Source: an uncultured Mycoplasmatota bacterium (GTDB lineage Bacteria > Bacillota_I > Bacilli_A > RF39 > UBA660). From it: a DNA stretch of 64,000 bases. Positions 54,990 to 63,948 of this stretch are shown here, piece after piece. The number at the start of each line of letters is the position of its first letter. Positions within the stretch are counted from its first letter, which is position 1. The notes beneath the pieces are model-generated. The model saw nothing but the letters and a program-made list of their open reading frames with translations. It was not told the DNA's origin and made no database searches. The translations under genes were made by a program, and so were the position numbers. The stretch covers positions 3,591 to 67,590 of the forward strand of contig CAMKNB010000001.1 of the NCBI GenBank assembly GCA_946414095.1. The letters are read 5' to 3'.

Positions 54990-57638
54990 ATGAAAAAGGC
55001 AATTATGACTGTATTGATATTTCTTTTTTGCTTTATCTTTTTAGAAACTATTAATGCAGAAGAAAAACCTAGTACTCCAGTTCTTGGAATGGGTTCTGAG
55101 AGTTTTCTAGAGTTTAAGTCAGGGGAATTTATGTATGACTTGGGAGTTGATTCAACTGATTATGAGATTGGTAAAAACGAAGAAGATGATCCAATCTATT
55201 CAGTTGATGGATATGAAGTATATGAAAAAGTAGAAGGAGAATATACTAAAATAGGTGATGATGGAGCTATTGGTGGAGCAGTAACTATCTATGTAGAAGT
55301 TGGTACTAAAAAAACTTTAGTAGCAAGAGTATATGTAGAAGATGAATCACATCAAAGAACTTATAGTGATTATTCAAATGAATTAGTTCTTGATCATAAT
55401 CTTAAAGCACCTAAATTAGTAAATGCTTATAATACTTTTACTGATTTTGATGGTGAAAAATATTTATTTGATTTAGGAATTGATACACAAAGCTATTCAT
55501 ATGGTGAAGAAAGTGAAGAACCATCTTATTTTGTAGATGGATACGAAGTATACGTCAAAGAGGGCAATTCATATACTAAAGTTATGGATACTGAAATGGG
55601 TGGAGCAGCAACAGTAGAATTCACTAAAGGTGGAGACAAAGTTGCTGTAGCTAGAGTATTTGCTTATAACAAAAGTGGTGATAAAGTTTATAGTGAATAT
55701 TCAAACGAATTAGTTTTAAAAGATTCTGCTATTTTAGTTGAAAATGTAATTGAAAACTTTAATAATAGTGATATGATAAAAGCTTTTAAAGAGTTTGGAA
55801 GTAACATTGAAGCTAAATTAAATAAAAAAGATAATAAAATAGAAATCTATGCAACTTACATGGATGAAGAAAATAAAAATGAAGTAACAGAAAAGGTAAT
55901 CGAGTTCAATTATGAAAGTAATAGAATTTACTACAGTAATGATGAAGAATTAACTGAAGAAGCAGCTGAAAATAGCATAGCAGCAGATTTAATGATTGCA
56001 CAAATGATGCAAACAATATTTGATTTATCAGATTGTTCTGATATGACATTAAAAGAAGATGCTCCAATTGATAAGGAAGATTCTTTTGAAAAATATGGAA
56101 TACAATTAATAGGAGAAGACTATAAGTTTGAAGAAGAGACTGAAGATGGTACTTCAACATTTTCAGGAACATTTATAAGAAACTTTGAAATTGTATTAGA
56201 TTCTAGTAAGATTAAAGATTTTATTAATGAATATGGAGAAAAGGTAGAAGATAGTTCAGTTCCTAGTGGACTAGCGCCAAGAGTTATTATTTCTGAAGTA
56301 TCTAATACATCAGTTAGTGTAGGTGCAATAGTAGATAATGCTGAAGATGAAGATTATATGTGTTATATTTATAGATCTAAAGAAAAAGATGGAGAATATA
56401 CTCTAATAGACGATATGACAATTAATTGTACAGACATAATAACTTTCGAAGATAATGGTTTAGAACCAAATACAACATATTACTATAAAGCAAAGATTTT
56501 TGGTGGAGATACTTTTAGTGATGTAGTTAGTATTAAGACTTTAGCTGGAAGTGGAAAGATTGAAACTGCACCTGTAGTAAAAGTTTCAAAAGGAAATAAT
56601 AATTCACTAGTAATTAGTTGGAATAAAATAAATGAAGCAGAAGCATATATAGTTCTTAGAAGTGATAAGAAAACTGGAAAATATAAAGAACTTGATACTG
56701 TAGAAACAAATGAATATATAGATAACAAACTTACATATGGAAAAACATATTATTATAAAGTTTTAGCTTACAATAAAGTTAATAAGAAAACTAGTGCAGC
56801 AGTAAGTGGAAAAGCAAAACCAAATAAAGTAGAAAATGTTAAATTTGTAAGTTCAAAAACAAATTATGTAAAATTATCTTGGGATAAAGTTGGAGTAACA
56901 GGATATGAAGTGTATAGAAGTACAAAAGAAGCAAGTGGATTTAAGAAAGTTGCTACAATAACAAAATCAAAAACTGTTACATACAAAAACAAAGGCCTAA
57001 AAGCAAATACTAAATATTATTATAAAATTCGTGCTTATAAAATAGTAAGTGGAAAGAAAATATATGGAAAATATAGTGAAGTAATAACTACAAAGACAGC
57101 ACCAAAGGCTCCAAAAATTACTTTATCAAATAAAGATTATGATTCATTAAATATTAATGTTAAAAAATCTTCTGGTACAAGTGAATATGTTATCTATAGA
57201 AGCAATAGTAAAAAAGGAACATATGTAGAAGTAGGAAAATTAGAAGCAGCTGGAACATACAAAGATACTGAATTAGTTTCTGGAAAAACATATTATTACA
57301 AAGTAAAAGCATGTAATAGCAATAATAATTGTAGTGATTACTCAAGCATAGTAAGTAAAAAAGTTATTCCTGGAAAACCAAAATTCACAGTTACTCTAGA
57401 AGAAAAAGAATTAAAAATAGAAGTAACATCAATGGAAGGTTCAACAGGATATGAAGTATATCAAAGTAAATCAAAAAATAGTGGATATAAGAAAGTATCA
57501 ACACTAACAGAAGATTTAACATATACAAATACATTAAAAAAAGGAACTTACTATTATAAAGTAAGGACATACGTAACAGTAAATGGAAAGAAAGTATATG
57601 GAAAGTATACTAGTGTAAAAACTGTTAAGGTAAAATAA
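54990..57638 (+). CDS. Secreted multi-domain protein: two N-terminal ~110-aa repeats, a central domain, then five to six fibronectin type III-like modules
   Basis: Signal peptide ..LETINA/EE. Repeated ..GYEVY(R/Q)S..G.(Y/F)KK(V/L)..T.YYYK(V/I)(R/K)AY.. FN3-like units from about nt 56260. No LPXTG or TM at the C-terminus. Confidence 0.75.
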   Translation: MKKAIMTVLIFLFCFIFLETINAEEKPSTPVLGMGSESFLEFKSGEFMYDLGVDSTDYEIGKNEEDDPIYSVDGYEVYEKVEGEYTKIGDDGAIGGAVTIYVEVGTKKTLVARVYVEDESHQRTYSDYSNELVLDHNLKAPKLVNAYNTFTDFDGEKYLFDLGIDTQSYSYGEESEEPSYFVDGYEVYVKEGNSYTKVMDTEMGGAATVEFTKGGDKVAVARVFAYNKSGDKVYSEYSNELVLKDSAILVENVIENFNNSDMIKAFKEFGSNIEAKLNKKDNKIEIYATYMDEENKNEVTEKVIEFNYESNRIYYSNDEELTEEAAENSIAADLMIAQMMQTIFDLSDCSDMTLKEDAPIDKEDSFEKYGIQLIGEDYKFEEETEDGTSTFSGTFIRNFEIVLDSSKIKDFINEYGEKVEDSSVPSGLAPRVIISEVSNTSVSVGAIVDNAEDEDYMCYIYRSKEKDGEYTLIDDMTINCTDIITFEDNGLEPNTTYYYKAKIFGGDTFSDVVSIKTLAGSGKIETAPVVKVSKGNNNSLVISWNKINEAEAYIVLRSDKKTGKYKELDTVETNEYIDNKLTYGKTYYYKVLAYNKVNKKTSAAVSGKAKPNKVENVKFVSSKTNYVKLSWDKVGVTGYEVYRSTKEASGFKKVATITKSKTVTYKNKGLKANTKYYYKIRAYKIVSGKKIYGKYSEVITTKTAPKAPKITLSNKDYDSLNINVKKSSGTSEYVIYRSNSKKGTYVEVGKLEAAGTYKDTELVSGKTYYYKVKACNSNNNCSDYSSIVSKKVIPGKPKFTVTLEEKELKIEVTSMEGSTGYEVYQSKSKNSGYKKVSTLTEDLTYTNTLKKGTYYYKVRTYVTVNGKKVYGKYTSVKTVKVK

Positions 57639-57644
57639 TTATAA

Positions 57645-57666
57645 AGAGGTTTTATACCTCTTTTTT
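57645..57666 (+). terminator. Rho-independent terminator
   Basis: AGAGGT-N5-ACCTCT plus T6. Confidence 0.75.
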
Positions 57667-57780
57667 AGTGAATATTTATTTTTACAAAAGAATATATAAT
57701 ATAAGAACTATGTATAATTAATACTATTTTGTTTAATAATAATATCAAAGGATGGTGATATTATTAAAACATTAAGTAAA

Positions 57781-57885
57781 ATGATTTCATTTGCAGGTGG
57801 AGTAACTCTTGGAGTTCTATATAAAAAATATGAAAAAGATTTAAGCAGGCTTATGAAAATGGCATCAAAAAAGTTGTCTGATTAA
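57781..57885 (+). CDS. Candidate small protein (34 aa from the ATG; up to 41-42 aa if started at ATT 57760/57763)
   Basis: MISFAGGVTLGVLYKKYEKDLSRLMKMASKKLSD*. AAAGGATGGTGA SD-like block at 57747-57758. Strong terminator immediately after. Confidence 0.35.
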   Translation: MISFAGGVTLGVLYKKYEKDLSRLMKMASKKLSD

Positions 57886-57912
57886 AATAGTTCTATTAGA
57901 ACTATTTTTTTT
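57886..57912 (+). terminator. Rho-independent terminator after the small ORF
   Basis: AATAGTTCTA / TAGAACTATT plus T8. Confidence 0.75.
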
Positions 57913-57949
57913 AAATAAAATGTGTTATCATTATTCTAGGAGAAAATAT

Positions 57950-59098
57950 ATGGATGAGGAAAATAAGAAAAAATTAAATACAGGTAAATTGAATCATTTA
58001 GTTTCATTAGGTGATAAAATTGCAGAAATACTATATATATTATTTATTATTTTATTAATATATGTTGTTACTTTAATTTTTAGAGAATGGAAAATATTAT
58101 CTTTTATAGGGAAGATACTTGCAATCATTTCACCATTATTTATTGGTTGGTTTGTTGCATGGCTATTAAATCCAATCGTAAAGAAACTGGTTAATAAAGG
58201 TGTTAGAAGAGGGCTTGCAGTAACCATAGCTTATTTATTAATGTTGGTTATAGTTGGATTAGTTGTTGGATTTACAATTCCATCTTTAGGAGATCAGATA
58301 AGTGATATTGTATCAGCTGTGCCAAAAATAACTAATGATATTAAAGGATGGATTGATGGTATATTTATAAAATTATCTAATTTGAGTTCTCAAAACTTGG
58401 ATAATGTTAAATTATCATTTATGTCTAAAATTGAGAATTTTTCAACAAGTATTGAAACTAACTTGCCTGAAACAGCAGTTAATATAGTTTCATCTTTGGC
58501 AAGTGGAATAGGTAAGATTGCAATAAGTTTGGTATTAGGATTCTATATTTTATATGATTTTGATAAAGTATCTAATGGATTTTTAAGTTTATTTCCAAAG
58601 AAAGCTAGAAGAGATGTAGTATATTTGTTAGAAAAATTAGATGATAGTTTGTATTCATTTATAAGTGGAACTTTATGGTTATCATTATTATTATTTGTAG
58701 TATCAATTATAGGTTTTTCAATAATAGGATTGAATGCTCCAGTATTAATATCATTCATTTGTGTAATTACTAATTTAATTCCATACATTGGTCCATATAT
58801 GGGAGCTGCTGTAGCTGGAGCAATAGGTTTTGCTGAAAGTCCAATTGTAGGAGTTTTAACACTTGTATTTATACTTGTTGTTCAAACAATTGATGGTCAA
58901 GTATTAAATCCTTTAGTAATGAGTAAAAAAATGAATTTAAGTCCAATAACCATTATTATTTCATTGTTAGTATTTGAATATTTATTTGGAATAATTGGTA
59001 TGGTAATTGCTACTCCTGTTGTAGCATTACTTAAAATAATATATGTTTTCTTAGATGAAAAATTTGATTTCTTTGGTTTCATAGAAAACAAAGATTAG
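57950..59098 (+). CDS. AI-2E family transporter (PerM/YhhT, UPF0118)
   Basis: 8-TM permease-like layout with ..NLIPYIGPYMGA.. and ..DGQVLNPLVMSKKMNLSP... AGGAG RBS before ATG at 57950. Confidence 0.8.
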   Translation: MDEENKKKLNTGKLNHLVSLGDKIAEILYILFIILLIYVVTLIFREWKILSFIGKILAIISPLFIGWFVAWLLNPIVKKLVNKGVRRGLAVTIAYLLMLVIVGLVVGFTIPSLGDQISDIVSAVPKITNDIKGWIDGIFIKLSNLSSQNLDNVKLSFMSKIENFSTSIETNLPETAVNIVSSLASGIGKIAISLVLGFYILYDFDKVSNGFLSLFPKKARRDVVYLLEKLDDSLYSFISGTLWLSLLLFVVSIIGFSIIGLNAPVLISFICVITNLIPYIGPYMGAAVAGAIGFAESPIVGVLTLVFILVVQTIDGQVLNPLVMSKKMNLSPITIIISLLVFEYLFGIIGMVIATPVVALLKIIYVFLDEKFDFFGFIENKD

Positions 59099-59113
59099 TA
59101 GGAGGAATAAGAA

Positions 59114-59815
59114 GTGAAAAGGGTTATTATTAAAGAATTTGAAAAGACATATTTAATACTTGATATTATGTTATATACAATATTTGTAGTAGTGGGATTT
59201 ATATTATTAAATTTTTCTGAAATTGAATTATTAAATCCTATTAAATATGCATCTCCTTTGTTTTACATGTTTGGCTTTTTCTCATTGCTTACATATTTTT
59301 TGAATAGAAGAGAAGGAGACTATGAATTATTAATATTTGGTTTTATTAATGTATGTATTGCATCATTTATATTAATATATGTTTCATTTCCAAACAGTGC
59401 ATTTATTATGGCAGATGCAGTCCTTGTATATTCAATAGCAAATGTAATAAATAAAGGATATCATTGCAAACTACTATTAAATAAAAAAGATATAAACTTT
59501 TTTCCTAAAGTATCAGTAACAATACTATTATTGCTTTTAGGTGTATTTATTGTATCTGCATTATATACTAAAATTGAAGTTGGAAGTTTAATATTAGGAT
59601 ATTACTTTATAATATTTGGATTATTAAGTTTATTAGAACCATTAATTAGTATACTTACTAGAAATATTAAATTAGAAAATTATATACTAGAATTCTTATC
59701 ATATGATAATAAAGAAGAAAAGAAAGAAATTAAAACTAAGAAGATGCCTCATAATCAAAGAATAAGTAGTATTAAAAAGAATGCAAAAAATAATAAAAAG
59801 ACTAATAAAAATTAG
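59114..59815 (+). CDS. Multi-pass membrane protein with Lys-rich C-terminal tail, unknown function
   Basis: GTG start after GGAGGA. Six predicted TM segments. Confidence 0.55.
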   Translation: MKRVIIKEFEKTYLILDIMLYTIFVVVGFILLNFSEIELLNPIKYASPLFYMFGFFSLLTYFLNRREGDYELLIFGFINVCIASFILIYVSFPNSAFIMADAVLVYSIANVINKGYHCKLLLNKKDINFFPKVSVTILLLLLGVFIVSALYTKIEVGSLILGYYFIIFGLLSLLEPLISILTRNIKLENYILEFLSYDNKEEKKEIKTKKMPHNQRISSIKKNAKNNKKTNKN

Positions 59816-59847
59816 TCTTTTTTCATATACATTAATGAGGTGAAAAT

Positions 59848-60108
59848 ATGGATATAATTAAGGTATCTAGTAAAAGTATTTCTCAAAAAGTAGCTGGTAG
59901 TATAGCCAATGCATTTAGAGAAGGAAATAATGAAGTTGAAATTCAAACAGTTGGAGCAGGCGCTGTTAATCAAGCAATTAAAGCAATATCAATTGCACGA
60001 GGTTTTGTAGCACCACTTGGAATGAATTTAAGGTGTACTCCAGCATTTTATGATGTTATGATTGAAGGAAAGGAGAAAACAGCAATTAAATTGATAGTTG
60101 AAAAATAA
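59848..60108 (+). CDS. spoVS: Stage V sporulation protein S
   Basis: 86 aa. ..IKVSSKS....VAGSIANAFREGNNEVEIQTVGAGAVNQAIKAISIARGF.. matches SpoVS almost residue for residue. Confidence 0.93.
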   Translation: MDIIKVSSKSISQKVAGSIANAFREGNNEVEIQTVGAGAVNQAIKAISIARGFVAPLGMNLRCTPAFYDVMIEGKEKTAIKLIVEK

Positions 60109-60128
60109 GTCCTTATATGGACTTTTTT
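60107..60128 (+). terminator. Rho-independent terminator
   Basis: AAGTCC-N6-GGACTT plus T-run. Confidence 0.8.
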
Positions 60129-60166
60129 AATTAATATGTTATACTATTTATAGAGGATATGATAAT

Positions 60167-61594
60167 ATGAATGGAATTAAAGTTACATATACATATAATA
60201 ATAGAGAATATAGGGCTACGAACGGAATTACATTAACATATAGTAATGGAAATAAAACTGACTTGGCAAATTTATCTTATTATGAAATGGAAAATTATTT
60301 AGGTTCTATTGTATTAATTATGAATCCACTCATTTTTGCTGAAATAGTAAAAGATGATAGTAGTAGCGAAATTGAATTTGGTGAATATCCTCAAACTGAA
60401 GCAAATGAAGAAATATCTAAAAAATTAGAATCAATTCATAATACTTTAACAGTTTCAAGTCCAGAAAGAATTAAGCCTACGAATGAAAGATATACGGCTT
60501 ATATGGGTATTATAAAAGAAATACCAGTACTTACTAATACAAGTTATACTCATGATTTTGTTAATAGTTCTTTTAAGGCTTGTAAGGTGTTTTTATACAA
60601 TGGTGAAAAATATCTTAGATACAAAAACAATAAAAATGGTGATATAAAATGGTTTAAAGTTGAGCCATTAAAATGGAAAGTAAATAGAGAAAAAAATGAA
60701 CTAATTTCAGTTAATTCTTTTGTATGTGGCGTTCTTGAAAACTATTGGTATGATGCAAGTAGCTGGGCTTATGGTTTAGGCTATATTCGAGATGTTAGAA
60801 AATCTGAAGAAAAAACAAATAAATTTTTAAATGATGTAGTACTAAGAGATATATTACAAACAGTAAGTATTAAAAAAACTATTAAATATCAAAGCTTCGA
60901 AGAATTAAAAACAATAATTAAAGATAATAAATACTTTGAATGTTTTCATGATTTAGGTACACTTGAATTTGAGGGACCTTCTTTAAGTGCTATACAAAAA
61001 GAAAGTATCAATTCCATGCTAGGAGGAAAAATAAAAAAGACATTCAAAGAACAAAAAAAGGAAGAGAATAAATTTAGTAAATTTAGATTAATTAAAACGA
61101 AAGAAAAAGCAGAGAATAATAAAGAAGTAGAAAAGAGATATAAAGATGTATTGAATAAATTAAATGATTTAAAAAATGCAATAGCTACATTAGAAATGGA
61201 AAAGGGAAATGCTTCTAAATTACTTAATGGATTATTATCTTCGATTATTGTTCCTGAAGAATTGTTAATCGTTAGAGTAGGAGACCACAGAGAATTTAAT
61301 CCTGAATTTGTTTCTCTATTAAAATATATTGATTTATCATTAGTAGATTGTACAAATTTAAAACTATCTGGGCTTGATTTAAGTGAAACAAATATACACT
61401 TTGATCCGCAAACAATATACAAAAAAGATTTAAGTTATTCTAAATTAGCAGATCATAATATATGTTGGTCATCACTCAAAGATGTAATACTAATTGGAAC
61501 AGATATAGAAGATGAAAAAGAAAGTTATGATATTGAACTAGCTATAATTGATGATAATACTAAATTACCTAAGAAAAATGATAGAGCACTTTAA
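60167..61594 (+). CDS. Hypothetical cytoplasmic protein: FGxYPQ...W.V-type N-terminal domain, Lys/Glu coiled coil, C-terminal pentapeptide-repeat-like segment
   Basis: IEFGEYPQ...IKWFKVEPLKWKV resembles DUF6273-type domains. The C-terminus ..LVDCTNLKLSGLDLSETNIHF..DLSYSKLADHNICWSSLKDVILIGTDI has a pentapeptide-repeat character. Confidence 0.5.
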   Translation: MNGIKVTYTYNNREYRATNGITLTYSNGNKTDLANLSYYEMENYLGSIVLIMNPLIFAEIVKDDSSSEIEFGEYPQTEANEEISKKLESIHNTLTVSSPERIKPTNERYTAYMGIIKEIPVLTNTSYTHDFVNSSFKACKVFLYNGEKYLRYKNNKNGDIKWFKVEPLKWKVNREKNELISVNSFVCGVLENYWYDASSWAYGLGYIRDVRKSEEKTNKFLNDVVLRDILQTVSIKKTIKYQSFEELKTIIKDNKYFECFHDLGTLEFEGPSLSAIQKESINSMLGGKIKKTFKEQKKEENKFSKFRLIKTKEKAENNKEVEKRYKDVLNKLNDLKNAIATLEMEKGNASKLLNGLLSSIIVPEELLIVRVGDHREFNPEFVSLLKYIDLSLVDCTNLKLSGLDLSETNIHFDPQTIYKKDLSYSKLADHNICWSSLKDVILIGTDIEDEKESYDIELAIIDDNTKLPKKNDRAL

Positions 61595-61607
61595 CAAAGT
61601 GCTTTTT
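61585..61607 (+). terminator. Rho-independent terminator
   Basis: AGCACTTT-aac-AAAGTGCT plus T-run. Confidence 0.8.
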
Positions 61608-61692
61608 ATTATAAATGTAAAACTAAATAAAAATATAGCAAATAATTATTAAATAGTGTATAATATTTAATATGTAAATAGAGGTGAAACAG

Positions 61693-62520
61693 ATGTTAGC
61701 AACGATAATTAATATAGGAGCTAAAATACTTGATGTAGCGATAGTTTGGTTTATGTTTTATCAATTACTTAAATATTCAAGGAATAACTTTAAGTTAACT
61801 TTAATATTTAAAGGAGTAATTGTACTACTATTATTAAAATTATTAAGTGAATGGTTAAATTTATATACAGTAGGTATTATTTTAGAATATGTAATTTCTT
61901 GGGGACCGCTTGCATTAATTATTATATTTCAACCAGAAATTAGAAATGTTTTAGAGAGTATTGGTAGAACACAATTACTTGGTAGACACAAAACCTTAAC
62001 AGTTGATGAAAGAGAAAAAATGGTTTATGAAATAATTAATGCTGTTGAATATTTGAAGAAAAATAAAATTGGAGCATTAATTGTTATAGAAAGAGATTAT
62101 AGTTTAGCACAATTTATTGAGCCAGCTAATAAAATATATGCTGATATTAGTAGTGAACTATTAATATCAATATTCTTTCCAAACAATCCACTTCATGATG
62201 GCGGTGTAATAATTCAAGGTGATAAAATTACTTGTGCAGGAAGTGTATTTCCAACAAGTATGAATCCAACGATTTCCAAAAGATTAGGTACTCGTCATAG
62301 AGCAGCTTTAGGAATTAGTGAGATTAGTGATGCTATTGCATTGATAGTAAGTGAGGAGACAGGAAGAATATCAATAGCTATTCAAAGCGAACTAAATTAT
62401 AACTTGTCATTAGATGATGCTAAATTATTATTATTAGAAGAGTTACAACCTAAAAAAGAAACATTCTATGAAGTAGATTCAGAAAGTGAGAGTGATGAAA
62501 ATGAAGAAATTTCTAAGTAA
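61693..62520 (+). CDS. cdaA: Diadenylate cyclase CdaA (DisA_N/DAC domain)
   Basis: Three N-terminal TM segments. GALIVIERD, PLHDGGVIIQGDKI, LGTRHRAALGISE, SEETGRISI. Confidence 0.95.
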   Translation: MLATIINIGAKILDVAIVWFMFYQLLKYSRNNFKLTLIFKGVIVLLLLKLLSEWLNLYTVGIILEYVISWGPLALIIIFQPEIRNVLESIGRTQLLGRHKTLTVDEREKMVYEIINAVEYLKKNKIGALIVIERDYSLAQFIEPANKIYADISSELLISIFFPNNPLHDGGVIIQGDKITCAGSVFPTSMNPTISKRLGTRHRAALGISEISDAIALIVSEETGRISIAIQSELNYNLSLDDAKLLLLEELQPKKETFYEVDSESESDENEEISK

Positions 62521-63874
62521 GATTCTCAAATTCTTTGGTAGGCTATTTAAAGTAATTTATAAAATATTAGATATAATTATAGTAACTCCAGTATCAAAAG
62601 CATTATATTTTATTGGAGATAGCTTAAATACTAAAAATGGAAGACTAGATAAATTTTTAAATAATCCAACAACGTTAATATATATTTCGTTGATATGTGC
62701 ATTAGGTGTGTTTTTTGCGGTTGATAGAAAGGTAATTAATTTATCTGAGACTGAAGCAGTTGTCTTGTCTAATCAAACAATAAATGCTGAATATAATGAA
62801 GAAGCATATGTTGTTGAAGGAATTCCAGAAACAGCTGATGTTGTACTTATGGGTAGTAAATATAATTTATATTTAGCAGAACAACTAGTTGACCATAAAT
62901 TGACTCTTGATTTAACAGATTTATCAGAGGGTACTCATAAAGTTAATATTAAATATAATAATCCTGTAAATTCACTTGATTATAAATTAGATCCATCAAG
63001 AGTAACAGTTGTCATATATCCAAAAGTAAGTGAGTCAAGAACTCTTACAACGGATGTTCTAAATACTGATAAATTAAATAATACATTAGTAATAAGCAGT
63101 GTAGAATTAGATAGAAGCGAAGTAATAATTAAATCATATAAAGAAAAATTAGCAACAGTGGCTAGCGTTAAAGCTATAGTTGATGTTAATGCATTGAATG
63201 CTACTGCTGCTGGAACATATACACTTGAAAATGTTAAATTAGTAGCTTACGATGAAAAGGGTACTGAAATGAGTGATATAGAAATTGTACCTGATACAGT
63301 AACTGCTACTGTTACAATTACTTCTCCAAGTAAGACAGTTCCAATCAAAGTTATCCCAGATGGTTTTGTAGCAAGTGGTAGTGCAATTAGTACAATAACT
63401 CCTAATGTAAGTAATGTAACATTGTATGGAGATGAAAATGTTCTTGAAAATATTAAAGAAGTAAATGTTAAAATAGATGTTTCAGGTTTAAGCAAGGATA
63501 AAACATATCAAGAAACAATAATTAAACCAAATGGAGTAAGAAGTATGTCTGAAACTAACGTTACAATTAAAGTTACTATGGAAAAAGAAACATCTAAAGA
63601 ATTTAAAAATATTCCAATAACATTTGAAAATCTTGATACTACTAAATATAAAGCTTTTGCCGCAAATCAAGAATCAACAAAAGTTGATGTTCTTGTTAAG
63701 GGAGTTGCTTCTATTCTTAATAAGCTTGATGAATCAAACATTAAGGCGTATGTAGACTTATCAGATTTTGAAGAAGGCACATTCCAAGTTCCAGTAATGG
63801 TAAGTGGAAGTGATAATAGAGTTTCATATACATCAAGAATAACAGTTATAGAAGTTATAATATCTAAGAAGTGA
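62501..63874 (+). CDS. cdaR: CdaA regulator CdaR (YbbR-domain repeats)
   Basis: Overlaps the cdaA 3' end. N-terminal TM, then four YbbR-like beta-rich repeats (..V.V...G....Y.v....P..V.v.G). The start could also be 62486 or 62495. Confidence 0.85.
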   Translation: MKKFLSKILKFFGRLFKVIYKILDIIIVTPVSKALYFIGDSLNTKNGRLDKFLNNPTTLIYISLICALGVFFAVDRKVINLSETEAVVLSNQTINAEYNEEAYVVEGIPETADVVLMGSKYNLYLAEQLVDHKLTLDLTDLSEGTHKVNIKYNNPVNSLDYKLDPSRVTVVIYPKVSESRTLTTDVLNTDKLNNTLVISSVELDRSEVIIKSYKEKLATVASVKAIVDVNALNATAAGTYTLENVKLVAYDEKGTEMSDIEIVPDTVTATVTITSPSKTVPIKVIPDGFVASGSAISTITPNVSNVTLYGDENVLENIKEVNVKIDVSGLSKDKTYQETIIKPNGVRSMSETNVTIKVTMEKETSKEFKNIPITFENLDTTKYKAFAANQESTKVDVLVKGVASILNKLDESNIKAYVDLSDFEEGTFQVPVMVSGSDNRVSYTSRITVIEVIISKK

Positions 63875-63891
63875 AAAATCACTTCTTTTTT
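63866..63891 (+). terminator. Rho-independent terminator
   Basis: AAGAAGTGA-aaaa-TCACTTCTT plus T-run. Confidence 0.85.
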
Positions 63892-63948
63892 ATTTATAAT
63901 TATGTTATACTTAGACTAGTGTATTAGCATATGGAGGTTAATAGTATT

